NCBI RefSeq assembly: GCF_006345805.1
Contig: NC_042997.1
Location: 165,974,001 to 166,038,000, forward strand
DNA length: 64,000 nt
From: Octopus sinensis
Taxonomy: Eukaryota
Reading direction: 5' to 3'
Below the pieces are notes generated by a model that was given only the letters and a program-made list of their open reading frames with translations, made no database searches and was not told the origin of the DNA. The position numbers were made by a program, and so were the translations under genes. Positions 53,070 through 64,000 of the stretch are shown here, in pieces (within the stretch, counting starts at the first letter, position 1; each line of letters begins with the position of its first letter).

Positions 53070-56000
53070 CTATATTTGTTCCACGTCCTCGCGTTGTTGT
53101 GTTTTTTTGTGTTTTCTTGTTTGGATTAACTTTTTATATATATATATATTAGAGGGAAACCACTATGTGGACACCTATATGCTAGAAATAGATCCGCTAT
53201 GGTCTCACCACTAAGAAATGTTCTCAACTACCAAATTGGGTAGCTCCCGCCCAGCAGCGCAACATTCATAAGATCAATATCGGGTGTTGTTTTTGCATCA
53301 TACACTCCACGAGCTAAACCATCTCCAGATCTGCCGATGAACATTTTTATTCCTTGCCAAAATAATCTCCACGAACTTTGTAGAGTCCTCTTTTTCTCCA
53401 AACAATGAGCCCTCTCAAAGCAGCGACATCATCGAGAAAGCATTCACTACACACCTTTGATCAACTCTCTTCAAATCTACCGCCATTCTGCTCCACCAGA
53501 TTTCATTCCTTATATTCACACGTCAAGTCTGGAAATAAACCCACTTATTAAAAAAAAGGTCAATGCTCCTATACTCACCAAATTTTGTAATCTCCTATTC
53601 AGTATGAGGATTACCTACTCTGACATTTGGAAGCGCTTCAATAAGCTTCCGCTTTAGGGAAGTTCGATGAAAGCAATGTTGTTGCCCTAGATATCAGCAA
53701 AATCTTCGACCATGTCTACCATGCTTATCTCCTTATAAAGGTGGTCGGATTTTCTATAGTGCCAATCCGTATAGTTTTTAGCAGCTGTCGTTCTACATAC
53801 TCATCACATGCCCATACCAGCGAAGCCTTTTAGCTTGCACCTGGCTCTTCTTACATTCAGTTTTTGTTTCTCAACTCATTTGCATTCCAGTGTTCATGCA
53901 CTCTGACGTCACACAACCATCAGAGCATGCTACTTTAATTTCTTTCTGATCTTCGCAAATCTTCTACATTTAAGGCCAACATACCGCCATACAGTATCTC
54001 TGTTCTCACACAAGTGTCATACAATCTGCTCTATTTCCAACGGTGTTAATAACTTTCCCAACCCTTTCTTACTGTGGCTACTTTCTGAATACACCCAAGT
54101 AAAGCCGAACGTTTACGAAGTCCACTTTGCAATTATGAGGTCTTGGATCCAACCCTATGGTTCATCATCTTGGGAGTGTGAATAAAAAATTTGTAAAAGA
54201 CAAAGAAAAAATATATATATATTTTTTGTCAAAGATAATCCTTTCTGCCGTCCACCCTATGATATATTTTTATTTGTTTCAGGTTACAATAGAACGTATT
54301 GATGGCAAACCTCTGACAGAAAATGACCGTATGCATCCTTTGAAAATTAAATTTTCTGACAACGATCCCAAAGAATTCCAAATTCCAGTCGATGGAAAAG
54401 TTCGTGTGCTAATTGACGTCCCGGAGAAACAGAATATGAATTTGCGAATGGAAGTAAGGAATTTTTATGATATTCGTGATAAGGAAACAAACATTTGATA
54501 AGATTTATTTTTTTACACAGAACAGTTAAATACCTGCAACTACATTCGTTTGTTGTCTGTAAATGGTACCAGATGTTTTTGGAATGTTAGCTCTCTGTGT
54601 TAGACATTTGTACTTATCAACATGGTAATTTGTTTCTCATCCTTGTTACTTCACAAAGATATATGGATGAACAATTAGCACTGTGTATTAAATTGGAGTA
54701 AAATACATATTATACAGTAAATATTTTGAAGTATTGCATTACACAATATGTTAAGGACGTTGACGTTTAGCTCCAGGTTATTACTGACCAAGCAGGCCGA
54801 TGGCCAAATTCATTCGAGCCATAACAATCCTGTCGTATATTTAGGCATTGTATATCTATGACAATGTTATTAATTGTGTCCCATTTGAAGTTGCTTGATT
54901 GTTTTTTGAGGAGTATTTAGCTGCTGTTCTTAGCAGGTCGATTGATCACATAAAAGTTTCCTGTTCTCGTGGAAGATAGTTTTGATACAATCTAATATCA
55001 TTCCGCTATTCTGCGCTTTGAACAGACTTAACTGTAGAACGAAACCTATGACAAAAAATTAATTTTTAACAAAATAATGACGCATGCTCTAGCGTTCAGT
55101 TTTAAGTACCCTTCAATAGGGAACAATATCAGAAACATAATTTAAACTTTTAACATGAAATAATGTTATGAAGACGTATAATTTTATACATTAAAATAAG
55201 GACATTTATAAACGTTCTTATTTATATATAAAACAAGAACATTTATAAAACATGAAATTTCCACAGGTCTTCATAGTATATAAATGCGACATATATTATT
55301 GACTATAGTTACGATGTATATTAAATATGGACGGGTAGGATTTTTAGAATAGTTCACAATATGTGCGACATGTTACGCATACTGTTTAATATATACGACG
55401 TGTATTGATATTAAACAAAATGATGGCAGTAATGTATACATCAGTATATGAAAGCGTTGTACAATAAAATAGACGGTGGAAAGGGTTGAAGTCTACATAT
55501 GCAGATTAAATGTCATGTGGTATTAGTTGTTGCTGTGTTCACTAATCAAGTGAGCCCTGATTGAGCAAATATATGACCTTAGGGATTCCAGCCATGACCA
55601 TCCCGTTTTATTGGGGGATATCGAGGGCTTATATATTTATAGCCACTTTCTATATTAAAAGTGTGTGGTGGGATTTGAGAGTGATTTAGTTGATGTTTTT
55701 GACAGGTTGAATTATTAGCTAAAGGCACCCTTGTTTGACTTGCGGTAGTAAAGTCTTGTAACTGTTAAGGCTCTGTCATATTTTAAGAGGTATCCAGAGC
55801 TAATGTATCACTTTTTTTTTCGTAAACTGACATGGTGCGATCTTAAGAAAATTTGACCGCTATTTCTAGCAAGTAGAATAGTAATGGTTCCCTCATTGAA
55901 TTGTGGTACTAGGTGCTGAAGTAATTAATAATATATATGTTGCACAGAGGGCGGCGAGCTGGCAGAAACGTTAGCGCGCCGGACGAAATGCTTAGCTGTA

Positions 56001-56938
56001 TTTCGTCTGTCGTTACGTTCTGAGTTCAAATTCTGCCGAGGTCGACTTTGCCCTTCATCCTTTCGCGGTCGATAGAGTACCAGTTTCGCACTGGGGTCGA
56101 TGTAATCGACTTAATCCATTTGTCTGTCCTTGTTTATCCCCTTTATGTTTATCCCCTTGTGGGTAGTAGAGAAATATATATATATATGTGGCAGAGTAGT
56201 TGAACAGACACGACACTCATAATTGTGCTGACAGAACAGCAAATGGCTTACAGAAAAAAAGATCATTAACAACGACATTAACAACAGCATTAACATTAAA
56301 AACACGTCAAACGCATCCAAAAGCAGTTAATTGATAATGATAACTCACAGTTTTGTTATCTATTTCCTTTAGATTCTTTACACAGGCTTTTACAAAGGAA
56401 GAGCTTTTGAATTAAAATCTTCGCCATATCTTTCACGATTCAGAGCTGTAAACAACACTAATATCGAGGCAATTGTACACCAGAAATATTATAAGGTAAA
56501 TATATTCTTTTGATCGATTTGAATACACACAGACATGTATGTATGTATGCATGCATGCATGTATGTATGTATGTATGTATGTATTTATGTATGTATGTAT
56601 GTATGTATGTATGTATGTATGTATGTATGTATGTATGCATGTATGTATGTATATATATATACATACATATATAGAGTATGGGGGTTTAGTTCACAGGTGA
56701 TCTAAACGACCAGGTATGCTAGGTAAGTGCTGTAACGGATTACCAGGATTCGTGTCTTCTCTGTCGTCATTTCATTAATCTATACTCTTCTCATTTTCCC
56801 CATTTGTCTCCGATGGCGAAATATCCCGTACTCTGGGATATCCCAGAAACAGCTGTAAGATTTTGAATCTTTCCAATAATAATAGCGATTATGTCTTGAG
56901 ATGTTTGTCTTGCCTTAACGTTTGTTGTCCTCTTTAGC

Positions 56939-56983
<45 letters not shown>

Positions 56984-57037
56984 ATATGCGTGTGTATGTG
57001 TGTGTGCGCGTGTAAGTGTGTGTAAGTGTGTGTGTGT

Positions 57038-57068
<31 letters not shown>

Positions 57069-60000
57069 CGCAATGTCCCAGTGGTCAGGGCAGCGGACTC
57101 GCGGTTTCGATTCCCAGACCGGGGGTTTATGAGTGTTTATTGAGCGAATTCACTTAAAGCTCTACAAGACTCCGGCAGGGGGAGGGTGGTGAATCCTGTT
57201 GAGCTGCGTATTAAGTCTACAAAATTGTGCCTAAAGTATATAAAGTGTATATATAAAGCATATTAACTAATCATCGTATTCCGATTTCTTTCACTTTTCA
57301 ATGAGTAGCAGATGAGTGACTATCTTTTGATACAGACACAATACAGGCTACGCTTTCAGGTTTTTTGAATAAAGTTTTCAGAAATAAGCCAATAGGGTAA
57401 CCATTAATTCTGTGAAATATCCCACTAGTGAATGATAAATTTGAATTTTTCTCATCAAGTTGTTATCATGTAAGTTTTTAAACAAGCAACCAATGTATTT
57501 TAGTGAAAAAACGATTTAATTGAAGGTATTAAATAAAAAATTGTGCTTGAATCCGATTAATATCAAATTGTATTTTTAAGCTATATTTTTGATGTCTTTC
57601 ATTGAAAGGTTGGTGAAGAGGTCCATATAGAAGTAAACAGTTCACGCCCAATATCATCAGCTTCATATTTGGTATGTATTTAACTTATTTCTATTAAAAT
57701 ATTCAATGTAATATGGCATTTCGAAATGTCTCTCTAAACAGATTTTTATATGTATACGGGAAATAACAATTACAGGTTGTTCTTGTCAAGGATAATGCTT
57801 TTGACACTGATGAAGCAAAGCTATGATCAAAGGCATTCAATTCATGATCATCCTCTTATTTATGTGCACCAGGAATTAATTCACTCAAAGTATCATTTAC
57901 CTTTTAAATGCGATAAATTGTAACTTGAGACATCTTCATTAGCTTATTAACAGACATTTTCATATAAAAATATAAATCTGCGCTATCTGCAAAAAATATA
58001 TATCAGTAGTTAAGTTAATTTTAATATATTTAATATAGTGAGCATTAGAAGTAGTGATACTTATGCAATGGAGAATAGACAGCATTAATTCGATTACTAA
58101 TCTTGTCATATTTTGACAAGTTCTGGAAGCAACTCTTGACATGAATGGATCTTAGAATAACTTCAGTGATATATTACTTTAAATATATTAATCTTTTACA
58201 TCTACCTGCTTGCAATATTGTATATTTACTTAGTAATTCTTATATCAATACCATAGTATTACGGCAAAATTTATGCTTCGATGAGGAGGTTTGATAACGC
58301 TGAAACATGTCCGAATTGAGTTAGTTACATGCTCGTTGAAATTATTAAAATAATATTGATCATTATGTTAATGTAATTTAGCATGTAATTTACCATATAA
58401 GTGTTCCTCATTAGCATTAAATACATTAACACTAACTTAGATATTTTCATATATTGTTATATATCATATGCAAAATTATAATGATTATTTCTTGAATCTT
58501 ACTTTGAAATTGAGGTTTTGCAATGGTATTCTGTCGATCATTCAATGGAAAATCAGTATTTTTACAAGAATGTGTTGTGCCAATAGGTTATACTACTCGG
58601 AAATAATTTACTTATACTATGATGATTTTTTATTAGCTTATTTCATCGAATGAAAAAGATATTGTTCGGTGTTCGAAACCTGAGAATACAAATACAAATA
58701 TTCGAAACAAAAGGATTCGAAGAAAAAGGAAATAATATACTGGGCTTTGATTTTTTCCAATTACTTAAATTTTTGTGACTTAAATATTACTCTGTGGTCA
58801 TATTGATTGAATATAGGTCATGTGAGTGATACAATTTAACATTTAAGCAAACGACTAGGGGAGGTCAAAAATTATTCGGTCTTACTTTAAAACATTCTTT
58901 AGGTTGGCTACACTGCCCTCAGCGCTCACGTGTTAATTGATGGTACTCTTGTGGTTACTTACCAGAAGCTTGATCTTCACCGGCCCAGTCTTCTTTCTTG
59001 TGTTACAGAGTAAAGATGGCTGTTCCGCTGTAAGTGTGCACCAAGGAAGAAAAGAGACCAATAATCCGGTTTCACTGGTCTAAATGTGTGTCAAAGGCTG
59101 AAATTCATTGCAGGCTTTCAGTACAATACAGGGATAGTGCTCTACCGCATATAAGTATGTATGAATGGTTCGAGAAGTTTAAAAATGGCTGGATAAGCGT
59201 GGAGCATGAAGATTGAGCAGGAAGCCCATCCACCTTCATCACAGACGTGAAGGTTCAATAAGCTCGTGAGATGGTTCTGGAAAACAGACAAGTGACCATC
59301 AACGAAGTGGCACGTTCTCTGAATATTAATCATGGTTCTGCATACGAAATCATCCACGAGAAGCCTTGCCTCTGTAAAGATTGTACAAGATGGATACCAA
59401 TAGAGTTTACCGAAGCTCGTAAGTGCAATCGTTTGGAGATCCGTCAACGCTTACTCGACCGCTACATGAGACTTAGGTCAATCACTTTGAGTTGGAATCC
59501 AAAAGGCGGACTATTAAGTGAAAACTCCCGAAATCGTCAGCGAAAACAAATTCATAACTCAAACTCCAGCAAAAAAAAGTGATACTGTTTGAGTTTTGAC
59601 GGTCTGTGTGAGGGGGCAAAAGGTACTATGCGTGAAAGGTTTCTGACAAAGGGTGTAAGCTACTGTTCGCGTAGGCCAACAAACTGAAACCAGCAATTAG
59701 CACCAAACAATGAGGTCTATTGTCAAAGCATGTGTTATTGTTGCATGGCAATACACGTCCACATACAGCCGCTCACACGGTTGAAACCATTGAAAAATCG
59801 AGTTTCGAGTAACTGAAAGACCCTGCATACAGTCCAGATGTCACCCCTTTCGATTATCATATCTTTTGACTGCTCAAACATTCTTTACGAGGTCGTCGAC
59901 GATTTACCACGGATGAAATGAAGGCAGTGGTGCATAAAAGGCTGCGCGATCATCCGAAAATTTTCTTCGATGGAATAAGCAAGTTTGTGGGCCGCTGGAA

Positions 60001-60216
60001 GAAGTGCATCGAAAAGCAAGGAGACTACGTCGAAACAGGATGTAATTGTTTAACCCCAGCTTTTGTTCGAATAAATAACAGAAACAAAAGTGCTTATAAT
60101 TTTTTACTTCTCTCGTAATTTTCTTCTGGAATCTTTAGTATTTGGTTGTTATTGTCAGAGAGAGAGAGGGAGAGAGGGGCTGATGGAGGAAGGGACAAAG
60201 AAAGAGAGACGGGATA

Positions 60217-60247
<31 letters not shown>

Positions 60248-63200
60248 AGGAGAAAGAGAGAGCTTAAGAAGTATGGAAAAAGAGGATAAGGATAAAAAGG
60301 AGAGATAAATATGTAAATTCGGTGAAATGAAAGAGTGAGGGGCAGTGGTTTCTTTGTTACGGAGTTAACCCTTCCATATCAACGCACAAAATGGTAATTT
60401 CTTAAACGACAGAAACTAATTTTAATTTACAGCTTATGAAAGACCGTAAAACGCTTATGAATAGATTTGTCGAAGTTAATGATGAAACGCATTTTACCGT
60501 CAAATTCACGGCAACCGAAGACATGATTCCGAATGTTGACTTTTTGATTACTGCTATATCAACTGAGGGTTCATTTGCTGCCGATGGAGGAAAGATTCCT
60601 ATAACGGTTACATTGGAAAATAAGGTAAGTGTCCTACAACACCTGGTAAACACTGTCTATTTTTAATATCATTGCTTATCTTAAGGCAACGAGCTAGCAG
60701 AATCGTTAGCACACCGGGCCAAATACTTAGCGGCATTTCGTCCGTTCTTACGTTTCTAAGTTCAAATGCCGCTGGAGGTCGACTTTGTCTTTCATCCTTT
60801 TGGGGTCGGTAAAATAAATACAGTTAAGCACTGAGATCGATGTAATGGACTTAACTCCTTCCTAAAACTGGCTGGTCTTATGCCAAAATTTGAAACCAAT
60901 ATTATTGCTTATTTAATATTGGGTTGTAGCTAAAACACTTTTGTTGAAATGTATATTTGCTATGCAATATTATTCATATTTGTTAATAAACTTAGATTCT
61001 TTCAGCTGGTGTTTTTGTTGTTTGATTCAAGTTAGCCTTGATCAAAGGTACGCAATCAATGACCATCTCAAATTGTATTCCATATTGCATTATCTAAATA
61101 TATCTTTCTTTAAGACTATTGGTATGAATTAAGAGAGATTTAGCTCATATTTCCCGTAGGTCGGACCACATTCTTTCATTAGCTTTAGGTATCGATGTTA
61201 CCGTAATTCCTAGGAGTTAGGCAAGATATTCAAATGCTGATGGCTTCTTGTTTTTTGACAATTTCAATGTGAAACAGTTGAGTAAACATTCAAAGTCAAT
61301 AGCCATGAATAAATTAAACATTATATAGACTGAAGATTTCGACCTGGGGTACTAACGAGATACCCATCATTTTCTATAGGGTCCGTCCGAGGAAAATCAT
61401 TGCTTTTTGTATCTACTACTTACACCAGTATGTCGTATCCACTCAAACTACTTATAACAACGTGTAGGTATTTCAACCGAGGAAATTAAGTTGATGTCGC
61501 ACAATACCGGACACTGAACATGGCCCCACGACTCTGGAAGTTCAATTCGATCAGCAGTAGCAATATACATCTATATATATTGAAGTGAATCCCAATTTAA
61601 TTTCAACGTACATCTGTATAGCAACTGTTAGCAGTTACTTTAAAGGAGCAATTGGGGATTAACATTTTTAGAGCCATATCTTATCGTGCTAAAGATAAGC
61701 TTTCAAACTTTCCTAGCTTTCGATTAGTAGGCTAATATCGTGGTCAGGTGGCCCGTCAGTAATATTAATTTTGAAGATTTTCAAGGGAATACGATTAGAT
61801 AATTTAAAATGTGACGTTTCCAATTTGTATTTAGCTACCGAATATGATAAAAATATTGAAAGTTAAAAAATCTTTATGACTTTGCAAAAATGTCAATTAC
61901 TTGTATTCTCATATTTATCAAATGTGTTCATGTATGTTCAGATTACAGCCAATTTCTCTGCACCAGAAGGACGTGCAGGTGATGATGTAACACTTGACGT
62001 CCATACATCCCCTCATTCTACAGTGTTTATGATGGCAATCGATAGAAGTATTGAACTACTTGAGAAACCTGATTACATTACAGAGGAGGACGTGAGTCTA
62101 ATTTTATTTTGTATCGAAAATTTTTCTACTTCGTGCATCATTTATTTTTTTTATATATAAAATATTCTTATATGGCTTAGTCGCAAGAGAAAGCAGTTCC
62201 CATGATCTTTATCGAGGTCTCCGAGATTGGTTGAGTAACGAGAGGGAGAAACCATGTTTCATTAGGTATCTCCAGATAAGATACCTGGTCCGAAACTTGT
62301 ATCAGTGTGGAATTTGTTACAAGACAGCCAATAGCCATATGGAGGTGTGAAGTGGAGTAGCAGATTAAGTCTAACATCAGATATCAAGCATAGCCCATCC
62401 AAAGAACTTCTGTACAATTTCCGTAAACACCAATTTCACTCACTTGAGTTAAGCCGACGAAAGGCTCTAGCATAAGGCTTTAGTTCAAAGTGTTAAGCAT
62501 TGAGATCGAACCTAGAAACTCATGATTGCAAAGCAGACCACTTAACTTCATGAACTGTATGGTGTGCCTAAGAAAATGTCCTGTCGTCTCTTTTACATTC
62601 TAAGTTCGAATTGCAATTTCTCATCCTTTAGTGGAATTGAAATAAAAACTAGTTGAGTGTTGTAGAAGATTCAGTCAACTATACAAAAATCTGCAGTATT
62701 GTTTTATTGTTAGAAAAGCTTATCGAACATTTCTTAGCTATCGAATTCGCATTTGATTTTTTTCTTTTTTGTTTTTGTAGAATAGATACTTTAAATTTAA
62801 AAGTTTAGGCTGTTCACTTTGGAGTGTCTTTATTATTGTTATTGTCGTTATATTGAACCGTTTTTAGAATGTCTTGAAATGAATTTTCAAAAGTAGCCTT
62901 CCGTTGTTTACACTAGACTTTTAGGAAATTTAGCTCAATGCTACAAGTTTAAGAAGCACACATACATATCATGGCACTCCGTTAGTTACGACGACGAGGG
63001 TCCCAGTTGATCCGATCAACGGAACAGCCTGCTCGCGAAATTAACGTGCAAGTGGCTGGGCACTCCACAGACACGTATACCCTTAACGTAGCTCTCGGGG
63101 AGATTCAGCGTGACAAGGCTGGGCCTTTGAAATACAGGTACAACAGAAACAGGAAGAAACAGTAAGGGAAAGTTGTGGTGAAAGAGTAGAGTATAGTTCG

Positions 63201-63677
63201 CCACTACGACCTGCCGATAATCCTATACTCTGTTGGTTAAACCAGTAATAGCTCCACTATTAAATTTGTTAAGGAATGAAAAGAAAACCATTTTGAGTGC
63301 TTTTGACTAAATTCAAGGCATTTCTCAGAAAATATGGAAGTCTTTAAGAATATGTGTGGAGAATACGTCAAAGCATAAAATGATAGAAGAAATAGATGTC
63401 TCACGTGATAAATATCTTCAGTTTATTCCAGCGTAAAGACTAAAATGAATTAAAGTGGAAAAGGTTTTCTTTTGTTAATACCTATCCACTAATGATTTTT
63501 AAACAACAACAATAATAATGAATAAAACAAATTCTGTATATTCTTCATAGTGCTAAATAGTAAATAGTTTATTTTATATAATTCTATGTTTTTATCTTTC
63601 AGATATTGTCAGTCATTGGTGGGATGCCTGGATCTGTAACAAAAGTAAATGCTTATAATCCAAAAGAAATCATTCGC
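37441..63677 (+). CDS. Alpha-2-macroglobulin/CD109-like thioester-protein (TEP) family gene, 5' part (signal peptide and MG domains); continues beyond the window
   Basis: 17 exons joined by hand with GT-AG ends and consistent phase: 37441-37511, 41109-41272, 43069-43091, 43890-44070, 45916-45986, 46542-46593, 47718-47791, 49697-49736, 49948-50056, 51726-51816, 52579-52827, 54283-54453, 56373-56495, 57609-57671, 60433-60624, 61942-62091, 63603-63677 (1899 nt, 633 aa, no stop). A2M-family motifs: hydrophobic leader, YMILVP, LDRPFY (cf. TDKPIY), DPNGN, FQLSDKPTTGTW, VRSYSLPKFEV, YTFGKPV, AIDRSIELL. The thioester motif is not in the window. Confidence 0.9.
37790..37998 (+). mobile_element. SINE family 1 copy in TEP intron 1
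   Basis: Consensus match; flanking aatcttaaaag duplicated. Confidence 0.8.
39733..39849 (+). repeat. 17-18-bp minisatellite (cggactttcggcccaaat), ~6 copies
   Basis: Head-to-tail degenerate units with no spacers. Confidence 0.8.
39900..40610 (+). mobile_element. Helitron PIF1-like helicase C-terminal fragment in TEP intron 1
   Basis: ORF 39974-40474: LAPKN...GMPSYKLTLKKGDSVMLLRNLDPLKLCNRTRL...FIPRIPLIP...QFPVRVTFAISINKS*GQSL. Confidence 0.9.
41109..41272 (+). CDS. TEP exon 2 (DEGHYMILVPRNFVHGKPNNISV...TVSP)
   Basis: ttgcag| ... G|gtaaat; A2M N-terminal YMILVP motif. Confidence 0.9.
43069..43091 (+). CDS. TEP exon 3, 23-nt micro-exon (DSSKFVEL)
   Basis: ttttcag| ... CTG|gtaagt; required to bridge phase 1 to phase 0. 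Confidence 0.8.
43441..43850 (+). mobile_element. tRNA-headed SINE-like element (head 43589-43664, (TAA)n linker, hammerhead tail) preceded by an inverted partial copy
   Basis: A-box-like CGGCGTAGTGG and B-box GTTCGATTCC; tail gacgacaaatatccgtcaaatgtaa is mirrored at 43445-43552. Confidence 0.7.
43745..43790 (+). ncRNA. Hammerhead-like motif in the tail of a tRNA-headed element
   Basis: CTGATGA-A-GGCTG-gagggtatat-CAGCC-GAAA-CGTT; stem II intact, stem III is the palindrome ACGT, stem I decayed. The inverted partial copy at 43500-43540 has lost CAGCC. Confidence 0.6.
43890..44070 (+). CDS. TEP exon 4 (TLPPELKEHY...AQLDRPFYSSSQW)
   Basis: ttcatag| ... G|gtaagt; MG2 start motif. Confidence 0.9.
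44484..44605 (+). ncRNA. Hammerhead-like motif with a ~91-nt insert in stem II
   Basis: TATCGC-CTGAGGA-[91 nt]-GAAA-CGCGCG-TA-GTGATA; stem I is 6 bp (one G-U), stem III is the palindrome ACGCGCGT. Confidence 0.65.
45095..45895 (-). mobile_element. 5'-truncated RTE-clade LINE 3' end with two C2H2 zinc-finger motifs
   Basis: LERFHQKCLQRILKNKW...MRWSGHIVRM; CHVCHKVCKSNGGLKKH and CNLCGSLFNTLSGLKSH; ends in a microsatellite. Confidence 0.85.
45916..45986 (+). CDS. TEP exon 5 (VRMRTFGLNMNLTTVQQPMNISVF)
   Basis: ctttcag| ... TTT|gtgagt; phase-consistent. Confidence 0.85.
46542..46593 (+). CDS. TEP exon 6 (DPNGNMLAKWTNEHSPS)
   Basis: gttttag| ... G|gtttgt; DPxGN motif. Confidence 0.9.
47718..47791 (+). 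CDS. TEP exon 7 (GVVSKSFQLSDKPTTGTWHFKICQG)
   Basis: gtttcag| ... GGG|gtaagt; FxLSxxPxxGxW motif. Confidence 0.9.
48441..48740 (+). mobile_element. tRNA-derived SINE family 2 copy
   Basis: tggcctagtggttagagcagcggactcacgg...ggttcgaatct head. Confidence 0.8.
49202..49428 (-). mobile_element. SINE family 1 copy (antisense, TEP intron 7)
   Basis: Reverse-complement consensus. Confidence 0.85.
49697..49736 (+). CDS. TEP exon 8 (KDEAFVYFKVRSY)
   Basis: tttgcag| ... T|gtaagt. Confidence 0.85.
49948..50056 (+). CDS. TEP exon 9 (SLPKFEVNVDAAHHIV...DVNVTA)
   Basis: catttag| ... CA|gtaagt; LPKFEV motif. Confidence 0.9.
50430..51020 (-). mobile_element. Tigger/pogo (DDE_1) transposase fragment
   Basis: NPRAIK...KKAWMTKSFFKEWF...KALLLLDNIPCHP. 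Confidence 0.85.
51726..51816 (+). CDS. TEP exon 10 (HYTFGKPVTGKLELNVSL...KVMN)
   Basis: tcaacag| ... AAT|gtaagt; YTxGKPV motif. Confidence 0.9.
52579..52827 (+). CDS. TEP exon 11 (ISGSVSVNIPF...LKYGLPNFSD)
   Basis: tttatag| ... GAT|gtaagt; 83 codons open. Confidence 0.9.
53190..54130 (+). mobile_element. Degenerate CR1/L2-type LINE RT fragment in TEP intron 11
   Basis: ESNVVALDISKIFDHVYH (LDxSKAFDxV motif); APILTKFCNLLFS. Confidence 0.65.
54283..54453 (+). CDS. TEP exon 12 (VTIERIDGKPL...NLRME)
   Basis: gtttcag| ... GAA|gtaagg; xDGxP motif. Confidence 0.9.
55949..56175 (+). mobile_element. SINE family 1 copy (TEP intron 12)
   Basis: Consensus match. Confidence 0.85.
56373..56495 (+). CDS. 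TEP exon 13 (ILYTGFYKGRAF...QKYYK)
   Basis: cctttag| ... AAG|gtaaat; 41 codons open in phase 0. Confidence 0.8.
56806..56861 (+). ncRNA. Hammerhead-like motif, same family as 15011-15053
   Basis: GTCT-CCGATGG-cgaa-ATATCCC-gtactct-GGGATAT-ccca-GAAA-CAGCTG-TA-AGAT. Confidence 0.55.
57609..57671 (+). CDS. TEP exon 14 (VGEEVHIEVNSSRPISSASYL)
   Basis: ttgaaag| ... TTG|gtatgt; VGE start typical of this MG domain. Confidence 0.85.
58855..60114 (+). mobile_element. Near-full-length degenerate mariner transposon
   Basis: Motifs WFEKFKNG, CTRWIP, YSPDVTPFDYHIF, FFDGISKFVGRWKKCIEKQGDYVE; imperfect TIRs; ~1.26 kb; many stops and frameshifts. Confidence 0.9.
60433..60624 (+). CDS. TEP exon 15 (LMKDRKTL...TEDMIP...TLENK)
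   Basis: tttacag| ... AAG|gtaagt; 64 codons open. Confidence 0.9.
60684..60897 (+). mobile_element. SINE family 1 copy (TEP intron 15)
   Basis: Consensus match; flanking aatat(c/t)attgcttat duplicated. Confidence 0.8.
61942..62091 (+). CDS. TEP exon 16 (ITANFSAPEGRAGDDV...AIDRSIELL...EED)
   Basis: gttcag| ... GAC|gtgagt; AVDxSVLLL-type motif. Confidence 0.92.
63603..63677 (+). CDS. TEP exon 17 (ILSVIGGMPGSVTKVNAYNPKEIIR)
   Basis: ctttcag| ... CGC|gtaagt; phase 0. Confidence 0.75.
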
Positions 63678-64000
63678 GTAAGTGATATATGCCAACCGAA
63701 TGGCAAAGTGCTTATTTTCCTTAATCTATTTGTTTTTAGGTTAATTTATTTGAGCATTCTAATATGTTTTCACTACAGAATAAATATACTGGCTGGACAA
63801 AAGTATTTTGCCAATGAGAATTTTCTTAGAGCAAATGTTCCGATATTTATAGTTCTGGCATTGTAAGACAGCCTGGTCCCTTTCAAACTTCAATTTCGGG
63901 ATGTTCTTCTACTGTCACTGGTATTTTGAGGTGGGTCTCACTACATACTAATGCAAGGCTTTCGTGGGAGTCATTGAATAAATACGCATCTATAATCCAT

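Noticed and set aside
57795-57836. 10-bp hairpin enclosing CTGATGA-AGC-AAA-GCT-ATGA (SECIS, C/D box or hammerhead-like)
   Set aside because: The upper helix is only 3 bp (too short for SECIS), there is no GAAA for a hammerhead, and the D box is imperfect. It is intronic and seen once.

Overview
AT-rich, microsatellite- and repeat-dense animal genomic DNA. The SINE and microsatellite landscape looks like an octopus or other coleoid cephalopod; this is inferred from pattern recognition, not a database hit. About 1-36 kb has no host gene I can support and is a mosaic of transposon relics: Gypsy integrase, Penelope-like RT, CR1/L2 and REL-type LINEs, DD37D Tc1/mariner, MITEs and tRNA-derived SINEs. 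From 37441 to the window end lies the 5' half of a + strand alpha-2-macroglobulin/CD109-type thioester-protein (TEP) family gene. I reconstructed 17 coding exons by hand, all GT-AG and phase-consistent, giving 1899 nt or 633 codons. Its introns hold Helitron, RTE, Tigger, mariner and LINE relics. The most notable unexplained structure is about a dozen type-I hammerhead-ribozyme-like motifs in at least six sequence families, associated with Penelope-like repeats. They include a family with a 90-105 nt insert in stem II, a tRNA-headed element with a hammerhead tail, and two sense-strand motifs flanking exon 4 of the TEP gene. All folds were derived by eye and none was tested computationally.
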